A DNA stretch of 64,000 bases from Calditrichales bacterium. GTDB taxonomy: Bacteria > Calditrichota > Calditrichia > Calditrichales > J004. Positions 1 through 8,434 of the stretch are shown piece after piece. The notes beneath the pieces are model-generated. The model did no database searches. It had not been told where the DNA came from and worked only from the letters and a program-made list of their open reading frames with translations. Within the stretch, counting starts at the first letter, position 1. Each line of letters starts with the position of its first letter. The DNA is taken from positions 576,001 to 640,000 of the forward strand of contig OZ254086.1 of the NCBI GenBank assembly GCA_965267575.1, in the 5' to 3' direction. Made by a program: the position numbers and the translations under genes.

Positions 1-296
1 GGCGTGCTGTATGCTTCACCTTTGAAAAAGGAGATTTCCTCAAAGTAGGTATGACGACTGGTGCCAAGAATAATGACCCGCTCAATATCCTGATCCATCA
101 GCGGTCGGTAGGCTCGGGCGGCGACTCCACCACTGTAAATGAAGGGATCGTTCGGCACTATAATGCCGTGCAGACGACGGGGAATTTTAATCTCAGGCGA
201 ACTTTCCAGAAAAACGGCGACTTCGCGCTCTAGGATATCTTTTTTGGCCGGATAAAATTTACCCGATACTCCGGGTCTCCGGATCAGATCTTGCAT
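1..296 (-). CDS. MEMO1/AmmeMemoRadiSam protein B family protein, N-terminal part (runs off the left edge; not in the ORF track)
   Basis: Manual translation from ATG 296: MQDLIRRPGVSGKFYPAKKDILEREVAVFLESSPEIKIPRRLHGIIVPNDPFIYSGGVAARAYRPLMDQDIERVIILGTSRHTYFEEISFFKGEAYSTP. Fits the MEMO pattern R.P.v.G.FYP ... IVPHAGY.YSG..AA.AY ... V.ILGPSH ... TP. Confidence 0.85.
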   Translation of the reverse strand, partial: MQDLIRRPGVSGKFYPAKKDILEREVAVFLESSPEIKIPRRLHGIIVPNDPFIYSGGVAARAYRPLMDQDIERVIILGTSRHTYFEEISFFKGEAYST

Positions 297-479
297 AGGA
301 AACAGTGTCCTGGTCTGTACGAACATTGGCGTTAAGCCTTTGAATATACTTTAGTTTAGGAATTTGAACAAACGAAAAACAAGTGATCGTTGTATAGCCT
401 ATTTTCGATAGAATAACATGCCGATTTAGTTGTAAATGTGCCGCTGGTAAATTGTTTTCCGTTCAAACATATTTACAGG

Positions 480-494
480 GCAAATGCCATACCA
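480..494 (-). promoter_or_regulatory. Candidate sigma-54 (-24/-12) promoter upstream of the MEMO-like gene
   Basis: Minus strand reads TGGTATGGCATTTGC (GG-N10-GC; consensus TGGCACG-N4-TTGC). Imperfect palindrome GTGAAAATAATGCAC lies about 50 nt further upstream (546-560). Confidence 0.4.
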
Positions 495-573
495 TTGATA
501 GAATAGCGTTGTTGCGGAGATTGTTTTGGTCGGCGATTAAAGGGTGTGCATTATTTTCACTAAAAGCAGTGCA

Positions 574-1320
574 TTACTTCAAAACCAGCATCTTTTTCGT
601 TTGCACAAACCCGCCTGCGCTTAAGCGGTAGTAGTACACACCGCTGGCCAGATGCGCCGCGTTGAAATTCAACTCATGGCGCCCGGCATTTTGCGGCCCA
701 TTCAGAAGGGTTGCCACCTTTCTGCCCGCGCTGTCAAAAATCTCGATGGTCACTTGCTGCTGTCGGGGCAGCTCATAGACGATGGTTGTGGACGGGTTGA
801 AGGGGTTGGGGTAATTCTGCTCAAGGTGAAAATTGCCGGCCGTTTGTTCATCGCTGTCCAGGCCGGAAGGTCCGTCGGTGGCATAAAGCGTTTTGTAGAT
901 TGTGTCCGTTTCTCCACCCTTGTGAGTAAGCAAGGCTTTAATCGTATAGGCGCCCGGACGGTAAGCTTGAAACACGGCTTTGAGACTATCAAGAGCCAAC
1001 AAAACTGCCACACCATCCTGCGGTTTTTGATCGACGGACCACTCTATCTTCGTATCAACGGGCAATTGCGATGCTTTGGTCAGTCCCATGGCCTGCGCCT
1101 CAAGATGGACGGCAAAATCCATATCGAAACTGTCCTGTTTGCAATAAATCCGCAATTCACGTGCGTCTTCATGAAGCATTCTTTGCAGAAAGCGGGCACG
1201 TTTTCGTACTTCCGTAATGCTGTCCAGCGCGTCATTGCCGCGGGCCACGATCATTGCCAGAAGAATATCCATCGTATCTCCCGCCGCCAGATCGAACTGA
1301 CCGGAGTTTACCATGAAATT
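574..1320. repeat. Conserved C-terminal module of the paralogue array, copy 1 (others at about 2483-3170 and 4416-5165; tail only at about 6323-6575)
   Basis: DNA aligns directly by eye: 1163-1260 = 3072-3169 (98 nt identical); 2505-2565 = 4438-4498 (61 nt); 599-639 = 6348-6388 (41 nt). Confidence 0.9.
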
Positions 1321-2466
1321 TTTGTCTTCCGCAAAGCTGTTAATCCACCCTTGACCGCTTACCGGATCACCACTAAAAAGATATTTGGGGTCGGTCGAAG
1401 CCGTCGCGCCGTTACCATAATCAAAGTTGAGTGGATCAAGGGGGCTCCCGTTTGCCAGCAATCCGCCTATTTGAAAATAGCGCAATTCTTCAGCATCCGG
1501 CCTGACCAGATACCAGAGATAGCCCGGGTACATAAAAGAAGACATATTAACATCACGCATATTCTGCTTTTGGATGGTAGCGCCTGTTGCAATATCCCAA
1601 TGGGTGGACGTAACATTTTGTTCGGAGGTCAAAATACCGTTGAGTATCTGGATTGCCATTGATGGTGGTTTATCTAGATAAAATTCATCAGTCCCATAGT
1701 TGTAAAAATAGCCCATCTGCAATATAGAGTCGCAACCAATCAAATCATCATTATAATCACCAATATCACCTTCCTGAACAGAAGAAAATATCAGGTCTTG
1801 CATATCTGTATAAGATCTGTTTATAAACCGATAATGAATAAATACGATGTCACCAAGGTAATCTTTTGAATTATATGCCCATAATGTTTGCTGAACTTCC
1901 ACATCCAATGGTTTTTCACTGCCCTGGAAGCTATATCCCTGTTCAACAAATTCACCATGAAAAACGCACCAGACGAGCTTATCTCCGTGTTGTGGTGGCG
2001 AATCAATCGTTGGGTCGTAATGTCCGTCTTGATTCAGGTCTTCGAACGGGGCTCCAAATGCCACCGCAGTTTTCCATTCCCTGAACGCTTCACTGCTCTT
2101 ACCATCTTGAGAATTAACCATGAAAAAGCGGTCCGGGACATCATGGCTTTCTACGCCCGCTATGCCTTCCACAAATTCCCTGATGCGCCATGCATCAAAA
2201 ATACCTGCGGTTCTCAATGAATCATTTACGTATCCGCTTAATAATATCCCCCCGGTGAAAAGGAAAGACAATTCCGTGCCCTTTGGATAATAGGCTTTTC
2301 CGTTTTCTCCAAGACTTCCCTGGTTACTGAACTCCAATGATATGAGATTAATATCCATCCCAATAGTGTGTTTTGCTTGCGGAAAAAGTGCGGCCTGCTT
2401 CTCAATGTTTCCTGCCATCAGGGCACATACGAGCAAATAAACGATTGAATAGACGCTACTTTGCAT
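574..2466 (-). CDS. Secreted protein with T9SS type-A-like C-terminal sorting domain (paralogue 1 of 4)
   Basis: Likely start ATG 2466 (MQSSVYSIVYLLVCALMAG, GGAGG upstream) rather than 2517. Hydrophobic N-terminus; C-terminal QNYPNPFNPSTTI...ASGVYYYRL...KKMLVLK tail. Confidence 0.85.
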   Translation of the reverse strand: MQSSVYSIVYLLVCALMAGNIEKQAALFPQAKHTIGMDINLISLEFSNQGSLGENGKAYYPKGTELSFLFTGGILLSGYVNDSLRTAGIFDAWRIREFVEGIAGVESHDVPDRFFMVNSQDGKSSEAFREWKTAVAFGAPFEDLNQDGHYDPTIDSPPQHGDKLVWCVFHGEFVEQGYSFQGSEKPLDVEVQQTLWAYNSKDYLGDIVFIHYRFINRSYTDMQDLIFSSVQEGDIGDYNDDLIGCDSILQMGYFYNYGTDEFYLDKPPSMAIQILNGILTSEQNVTSTHWDIATGATIQKQNMRDVNMSSFMYPGYLWYLVRPDAEELRYFQIGGLLANGSPLDPLNFDYGNGATASTDPKYLFSGDPVSGQGWINSFAEDKNFMVNSGQFDLAAGDTMDILLAMIVARGNDALDSITEVRKRARFLQRMLHEDARELRIYCKQDSFDMDFAVHLEAQAMGLTKASQLPVDTKIEWSVDQKPQDGVAVLLALDSLKAVFQAYRPGAYTIKALLTHKGGETDTIYKTLYATDGPSGLDSDEQTAGNFHLEQNYPNPFNPSTTIVYELPRQQQVTIEIFDSAGRKVATLLNGPQNAGRHELNFNAAHLASGVYYYRLSAGGFVQTKKMLVLK

Positions 2467-2482
2467 GGAGCCCTCCACATGG

Positions 2483-4402
2483 CTACTTGATAAGCAACAT
2501 TTTTCTTGTTTGCACAAACCGTCCTGCAGTTAAGCGGTAGTAGTACACACCGCTGGCCAGATGCGCCGCTTTGAAATCCAACTCATGGCGCCCGGCGTTT
2601 TGTGGCCCGTCCAGTAGGGTCGCCACCTTTCTCCCGGCGCTGTCATAAATCTGGATATTCACCTTTTCCCTTCGGGGCAGTTCATACACAATCGTTGTGG
2701 ATGGGTTGAAGGGATTGGGGTAGTTCTGCCGCAGGTGAAAATTGCCGGCCGTTTGTTCGTCGCTGTCCAGGCCGGAAGGTCCGTCGGTGGCGTAAAGCGT
2801 TTTGTAGATTGTGTCCGTTTCTCCGCCCTCGTGCGTAAGCAAGGCCTTAATCGTATAGGCGCCTGGATGGTAAGCTTGAAATACGGCTTTGAGGCTATCA
2901 AGAGCCAACAAAACTGCCACTCCATCCTGCGGCTTTTGATCGATCGACCATTCGACCTGCGTATCAAACGGTAATCGCGATGCTTTGGTCAATCCCATGG
3001 CTTCCGCCTTGAGATGGGCGGCAAAATCCATATCAAAACTGTCCTGCTTGCAATAAATCCTCAATTCACGCGCGTCTTCATGAAGCATTCTTTGCAGAAA
3101 GCGGGCACGTTTTCGTACTTCCGTAATGCTGTCCAGCGCGTCATTGCCGCGGGCCACGATCATTGCCAGCAAAATGTCTGATGTATCCCCCGGGCTCATT
3201 TCAAAAGGGCCGCTGTTGATAAAAAAGCGCTTATCGCTGGGCGGATCATCAAGCCATCCCGTTCCTGCAACCGGATCGCCATTATAGAGATATTTCGGGT
3301 TCGTGCCCGGCACAGCCCCCGTGCCGAATCCAAATGAAACAGGATCGATCGGCTCACCAAGCCTGTTTTGGCCGCCAACCTGGTAACGGCGTGCTTCAAC
3401 GGGATTATTGGGATCGCCAAGGGTGGGATGAGAATGAAAAAAATATATAAAAGAGGAAAACCCCGGCGCATAAATATTTTCAAGCGTTTTGGTCGTTAGA
3501 TTATCAATATTCCAAAAAACAGTTTGTGCGTGCGGTTGATTTGTCTGAGGACCCTGAAGAATCTTCATGGCAAATGCGGGCGGATTATCCCCGTAGCCCG
3601 GCCAGGGCAAGTAACCGTAATCCGGGTCAGGCCCGTCATTATATACGTAACCCATCTGCAAAATTGTATCGCAACCAATCAGGTCATCATTGTGGTAGCC
3701 GAGATCTGGATCCACCAGGGAGCTGAAGATCATCTCTTCCAACGCCTTACCTGATCTATTAATAATCCTGTAGTGAAAAAATACAATTTCGCCAAGAAAA
3801 CCTTCGGAGTTGTAAGCCCATAATGTTTGTTGTATTTCAACGCCCAGTGGTTCGGTTCTGATATTATCATTTTCTTGCGGCAAGGTATTATCATTAAAAA
3901 CAGTCCAGACAAGCTTGTCGCCCAGATCCGGCGGAGTGTCAATCTGCGCCTCATATTGCCCGTCTCCATCTACGTCATTAAACGGAGCACCGAGGCTTAC
4001 TGCATTCGCCCAATCGAGGTAGGCAGAACTTCCCTGTTCATCAGCTGCATTGACTGAATAAAACCTGGCCAGTGGATCTTCCGGCGTCATACCCCATATC
4101 CCGGGGGCATATGCCTCTGCATAGTTATCATAATAAGTCCAGGCCGTTCTTAATGAATCATTAACATAACCACTGAGCCCCAGACCGGCCCCCTGTAAAA
4201 AAGTCAGTTGTGAACCTTTGGGATAATATGTTTTGTGTGTCCATCCAATATCCCCATTGTTGTGAAAAGCCAGGTCGATCTTGTTTACGTCCATGCGTAT
4301 AGTCAGGCCTTCTGTGTCCAGCGGTTCTTCACCCGCTTTGTCTGTGCGGCCGGCAAGCAATAGCGTAAATGCCAGCATTAACAGTATCGATTGCTTTTTC
4401 AT
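2483..4402 (-). CDS. Secreted protein with T9SS type-A-like C-terminal sorting domain (paralogue 2 of 4)
   Basis: Signal peptide MKKQSILLMLAFTLLLA; AAGGAG RBS; DDLIGCD and NSGPF motifs shared with neighbours; NYPNPFNPST tail. Confidence 0.88.
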   Translation of the reverse strand: MKKQSILLMLAFTLLLAGRTDKAGEEPLDTEGLTIRMDVNKIDLAFHNNGDIGWTHKTYYPKGSQLTFLQGAGLGLSGYVNDSLRTAWTYYDNYAEAYAPGIWGMTPEDPLARFYSVNAADEQGSSAYLDWANAVSLGAPFNDVDGDGQYEAQIDTPPDLGDKLVWTVFNDNTLPQENDNIRTEPLGVEIQQTLWAYNSEGFLGEIVFFHYRIINRSGKALEEMIFSSLVDPDLGYHNDDLIGCDTILQMGYVYNDGPDPDYGYLPWPGYGDNPPAFAMKILQGPQTNQPHAQTVFWNIDNLTTKTLENIYAPGFSSFIYFFHSHPTLGDPNNPVEARRYQVGGQNRLGEPIDPVSFGFGTGAVPGTNPKYLYNGDPVAGTGWLDDPPSDKRFFINSGPFEMSPGDTSDILLAMIVARGNDALDSITEVRKRARFLQRMLHEDARELRIYCKQDSFDMDFAAHLKAEAMGLTKASRLPFDTQVEWSIDQKPQDGVAVLLALDSLKAVFQAYHPGAYTIKALLTHEGGETDTIYKTLYATDGPSGLDSDEQTAGNFHLRQNYPNPFNPSTTIVYELPRREKVNIQIYDSAGRKVATLLDGPQNAGRHELDFKAAHLASGVYYYRLTAGRFVQTRKMLLIK

Positions 4403-4415
4403 CAGGGCTCCTTCG

Positions 4416-6308
4416 CTACTTGATTAGTAACATCTTCCTTGTTTGCACAAACCGTCCTGCAGTTAAGCGGTAGTAGTACACACCGCTGGCCAGATGCGAC
4501 GCGTTGAAGGTAAGCTTATGGCGCCCTCCGTTTTGCCGGCCATCCAAAAGGGTTGCCACTTTTCGTCCGGCACTGTCAAAAATATCTATCGTCACCTGTT
4601 CCCGTCGCGGCAGCTCATACACAATCGTAGTAGAGGGATTGAAGGGGTTGGGGTAATTTTGACGAAGGCGAAAACTGCCGGCAGTTTGTTTGTCACTGTC
4701 CAGGCTTAAAGGGTCATCCGTGGCGTAAAGCGTTTTGTAGATTGTATCCACTTCACCGCTTTTGTGAGCTAGCATGGCCTTTATTTTATGGGTGCCCGGA
4801 CGGTAAGCCTTAAACACCGCTCTGAGACTGTCAAGAGCCAAAAGTATAGCCACTCCGTCTTCCGGCTTTTCATCAATTGACCATTCAATCTCCGTATCAA
4901 CTGGTAATTGCGATGCTACGGTCAGCCCCATGGCCTGGGCTTCAAGGTGAGCGGCAAAATCCATATCGAAGCTATCCTGCGCGCAATAAATCTTTAATTC
5001 TCGCGCGTCCTCATGAAGCATTCTTTGCAGAAAGCGGGCGCGTTTTCGTACTTCAGTAATGCTGTCCAGCGCGTCTTTGCCCCGGGCTACGATCATCGCC
5101 AGCAGAACATCCATCGTGTCTCCCGCAGCCAGGTCGAATGGACCGGAATTGATCATGAAATTTTTGTCATCCGGAGGATCATCCAACCAGCCATCACCTG
5201 ATATGGGGTCTCCGCTGAAAAGGAAATAAGGATTAGTCTGGTCGGATGCTCCTGAACCGAATGGGTAGTTAACCGGATCAATAGGATGCCCAGAAGGAGT
5301 AAGGCCTAGCTGCAAATTACGCACTTCCTGGTCCCTGTTTGTCCAGTGCAGATCTTCAAAATACTTAATAAAGGAGGAAAAACCGCAAGACTTCTTACCT
5401 TTTATTATTACTTGTGCTTTGTTTTCATAATCAAAAACGACGGCTTTACTGCCGGATTGAGTAGAATAAGGGCTGCTTAATAGCTGTATACCAAAAGCAG
5501 GTACATTTAAGCCATACTCTGAATCTGACCCATTGTCATAACAAAAACCCAGATTAAGCAAAGTATCGCACCCGATCAGATCATTATTATACGCGCCCAA
5601 GTCAGGATCATGAATCGAAGTAAATATGAGTTCTTTTTGAAGGCTGTTCGACCGATTAATTATGCGGTAATGTATAAATACGACATCTCCGAGATACTTT
5701 TCGCTGTCGTATGCCCAGATTGATTGCTGCACTTCAATACCCAATACTTTGGACCGCAACGCCGTTCGATCAGATGGGGAAGTATTGTCGTTAAAAGCAG
5801 ACCAAAACAGTCTGTCACCGATTTGCAGCGGTTTGTCAAATGTTGGGTCGTATCTACCGTTTAGATTGATATCTTGGTAAGGTGCTCCCATTTCTACTGC
5901 TTTCGCCCAATCCTGAAATGCGCGGCTGTCAGGCGTATCAATATGACTTACGCTGTAAATCCGGGCGTCCGGGTTTTCGCTATCCATACCCCAAATACCA
6001 GGTTGAAATTCGCTTATTCGACGCGCATGAAAAATCCAGGCTGTTTTTAACGTATCGTTAACATAGCCACTCAGTGCTATTCCACCGGCCCACAAAAACG
6101 ATATACCTCCTCCTGAGGGATAATAAGAAGTTCCCCTCTGTCCCAAATCACCATAATTACTAAAAGCAAGGTCAATACGATTTACATTTATTCTTTCGCT
6201 CTGCCAAATAGAATAGGAAGATGTTTCCTCGTTGGCTGCACCACTTGCCACAACAACAATAAGCAGACATAATCCAGCCATTATTATAAAAAAAGATTGC
6301 TTTTTCAT
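4416..6308 (-). CDS. Secreted protein with T9SS type-A-like C-terminal sorting domain (paralogue 3 of 4)
   Basis: Signal peptide MKKQSFFIIMAGLCLLIVVVASGAA; same domain layout and tail as paralogue 2. Confidence 0.88.
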   Translation of the reverse strand: MKKQSFFIIMAGLCLLIVVVASGAANEETSSYSIWQSERINVNRIDLAFSNYGDLGQRGTSYYPSGGGISFLWAGGIALSGYVNDTLKTAWIFHARRISEFQPGIWGMDSENPDARIYSVSHIDTPDSRAFQDWAKAVEMGAPYQDINLNGRYDPTFDKPLQIGDRLFWSAFNDNTSPSDRTALRSKVLGIEVQQSIWAYDSEKYLGDVVFIHYRIINRSNSLQKELIFTSIHDPDLGAYNNDLIGCDTLLNLGFCYDNGSDSEYGLNVPAFGIQLLSSPYSTQSGSKAVVFDYENKAQVIIKGKKSCGFSSFIKYFEDLHWTNRDQEVRNLQLGLTPSGHPIDPVNYPFGSGASDQTNPYFLFSGDPISGDGWLDDPPDDKNFMINSGPFDLAAGDTMDVLLAMIVARGKDALDSITEVRKRARFLQRMLHEDARELKIYCAQDSFDMDFAAHLEAQAMGLTVASQLPVDTEIEWSIDEKPEDGVAILLALDSLRAVFKAYRPGTHKIKAMLAHKSGEVDTIYKTLYATDDPLSLDSDKQTAGSFRLRQNYPNPFNPSTTIVYELPRREQVTIDIFDSAGRKVATLLDGRQNGGRHKLTFNASHLASGVYYYRLTAGRFVQTRKMLLIK

Positions 6309-6322
6309 CTGGTCTCGTTTCG

Positions 6323-8209
6323 CTACTTAATAAGCAACATCTTCTTAGTTTGCACAAACCCGCCTGCGCTTAAGCGGTAGTAGTACACGCCGCTGGCCAG
6401 ATGCGCCGCGTTAAAATCCAGCTCATGGCGCCCGGCATTTTTTGGGCCATCAAGAAGGGTTGCCACCTTTCTGCCTGAGCTGTCAAAAATATCTACGCTC
6501 ACCTGCTCCCTTCGGGGCAGTTCATACACTATGGTTGTGGACGGGTTAAAGGGGTTGGGGTAATTCTGGCCAAGATGAAATGATATGGGGTGGCCGCTTC
6601 CCTTTTCGATTGCCGTGATGCCTTCTACATGAATGGAAACAGTATCCCGACTTACAGTATCATTGGACCATTCCGATTCCAAACTAAAACGGTAAAGTCC
6701 GCTAACGTCAGGTACAAATAGAACGCTGTCCTGATCAAATGCTTCGAAGTTCCATTCGCTGGAATCCGGTTTTTGCGCCAAGGTCCAGCTGCGGCTTTGT
6801 ACGGACAAGCTCGCATCAAAAACAGCATCCCGGGCCACAAGCATGGTGCTGTCATCCCGCGCCAGCAAAGTATCCGCCATGATATAACTGACGGCATTCG
6901 AGGGGAAAAGACTTTGCAGCTTGCGGGCGTGGCTCCGGGTTACTGTTATACTGTTTAACTCATCACTGCCGCGTCCAACAATTAAAGCGACCAACACATC
7001 CATCGTATCATTTACATTCATATCAAACGGGCCGCTGTTTATCATTATACGCTTATCGTCGGGCGGCTCGTCTCTCCAGCCGCTGCCGGTTACCGGATCA
7101 CCACTATACATGTAAAGAGGATTTGTCCCGGCATCCGCCCCGGTTCCAAAGCCAAAAGTAAGGGGGTTGATGGACTGGCCTGTTCTGTCTTGTCCACCTA
7201 TCTGGTAACGACGCGCTTCTAAAGCAAAATTTGGGTCCCCAATTGTAGGATGCGAGGAGATATAATATGAAAATGATGTCAGCTCGCGCACATGACGGTT
7301 TATATAATGGTTGATAGTTTTTGATGAGATATCCCAAACGCTGGCCTGGGCATGAGGCTGCTCTATTTGGGGCCCCTGCAAAAGCTGAACGGCCACGGCA
7401 GGAGGATTTACGCCATAATCGCCGTCGGCACCATCGTTATAGCAATAGCCCATTTGCAGGAGCGTATCACACCCTACCAGATCATCCCTGTAGTCCCCGA
7501 GATCGGGGTCGTGTACCGAAGTAAAAATAACATCTTTCTGGGCAGAGCCCGAGCGATTGATAATGCGGTAATGGATAAAAACAACATCACCCAGGAAATT
7601 CTGCGCGCTGTAGGCCCAGACGGTTTGCTGCACCTCCACGCCGAGAGGCGCCGTGCCCAGCCGCGCTCTGTCATCGGGGGTTGTGTCATCGTTGAAAACA
7701 CACCAGACCAATTTGTCGCCAAGCTGCAGGGGCTTATCCACCTGCGGATCGTATATGCCATCGCCGTTCACATCCTCAAAAGGCGCGCCGCTGCTTACGG
7801 CATCCTGCCAATTCAGGTAAGCCGCACTGCCCGGCCCATCCGCGGAGGTAATAGCATAAAAACGGGCCAGCGGATCTTCGGGGCTTGTCCCCCAGGCGCC
7901 TTCAGCAAACTCCTCTATACGCGATGTGGAAATTGTCCAGGCTGTGCGCAGCGAATCCTGCACATAACCGCTAAGCGCTATTCCGCCACTAAAAAGAAAA
8001 GTGAGGTCAGAGCCGGCAGGATAATAAGAATCGGCATCCTGTCCCAGACCACCGGCATTATCAAAAGCAAGGTCAATGCGGTTTACGTCCATCCTTGCGT
8101 TAAGGGCAACAGTTTCTACCGCTTGCGGTTTGTTTTCCTGACTCTCGGAAGCAGGAATTACGAATGCAACCGAAATAAAGCATAACACCAGCGAATGTGG
8201 CCATTTCAT
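6323..8209 (-). CDS. Secreted protein with T9SS type-A-like C-terminal sorting domain (paralogue 4 of 4, first in transcription order)
   Basis: Likely start ATG 8209 (MKWPHSLVLCFISVAFVIPA, GGGGG upstream) rather than 8374. Same N-terminal domain, a different PKD-like middle domain, NYPNPFNPST tail. Confidence 0.85.
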   Translation of the reverse strand: MKWPHSLVLCFISVAFVIPASESQENKPQAVETVALNARMDVNRIDLAFDNAGGLGQDADSYYPAGSDLTFLFSGGIALSGYVQDSLRTAWTISTSRIEEFAEGAWGTSPEDPLARFYAITSADGPGSAAYLNWQDAVSSGAPFEDVNGDGIYDPQVDKPLQLGDKLVWCVFNDDTTPDDRARLGTAPLGVEVQQTVWAYSAQNFLGDVVFIHYRIINRSGSAQKDVIFTSVHDPDLGDYRDDLVGCDTLLQMGYCYNDGADGDYGVNPPAVAVQLLQGPQIEQPHAQASVWDISSKTINHYINRHVRELTSFSYYISSHPTIGDPNFALEARRYQIGGQDRTGQSINPLTFGFGTGADAGTNPLYMYSGDPVTGSGWRDEPPDDKRIMINSGPFDMNVNDTMDVLVALIVGRGSDELNSITVTRSHARKLQSLFPSNAVSYIMADTLLARDDSTMLVARDAVFDASLSVQSRSWTLAQKPDSSEWNFEAFDQDSVLFVPDVSGLYRFSLESEWSNDTVSRDTVSIHVEGITAIEKGSGHPISFHLGQNYPNPFNPSTTIVYELPRREQVSVDIFDSSGRKVATLLDGPKNAGRHELDFNAAHLASGVYYYRLSAGGFVQTKKMLLIK

Positions 8210-8227
8210 AAACACCCCCAGATTTTT

Positions 8228-8326
8228 ATGTCGTTCGCAGCGGAGAATCACCCGAGCGGGCAACGCGAACATCAAAAGGAAGGACTTTTGGCAGATCCGC
8301 AAGGCGGATTTTCCCGTTGCCAAAGT
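8228..8326 (-). promoter_or_regulatory. Structured 5' leader of the paralogue array (two hairpins plus an alternative pairing)
   Basis: Inverted repeats 8287-8293/8318-8324 (inner 8295-8300/8304-8309) and 8233-8238/8265-8270; cross-pairing 8259-8269/8311-8321 (10 of 11 nt complementary). Confidence 0.45.
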
Positions 8327-8434
8327 TTCAATTAAAGATAAAAAGCAATACATTAACCACCAATCCGAATACAAACCTGTTTATACCTCTTAATGGTTAG
8401 AAACTACATTTCACAGGAAAGACAAAAAATCGTT

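Noticed and set aside
51..233. 60-aa plus-strand ORF in the track
   Set aside because: Antisense to the MEMO-family frame, which has recognisable motifs.
470..500. cagggcaaa resembling the start of a c-di-GMP-I riboswitch
   Set aside because: The GAAA tetraloop, GACGCAAA segment and P2 stem are absent, and the orientation does not fit a downstream gene.
652..1662. 336-aa plus-strand ORF (likewise 7352-8185, 19133-19906, 29554-30552)
   Set aside because: Entirely antisense to well-supported genes, with no recognisable motifs; shadow ORFs.
574..6575. Repeated C-terminal blocks as a diversity-generating retroelement (TR/VR pair)
   Set aside because: Differences between copies are mostly third-position changes of all kinds, not adenine-specific, and no reverse transcriptase is in the window.
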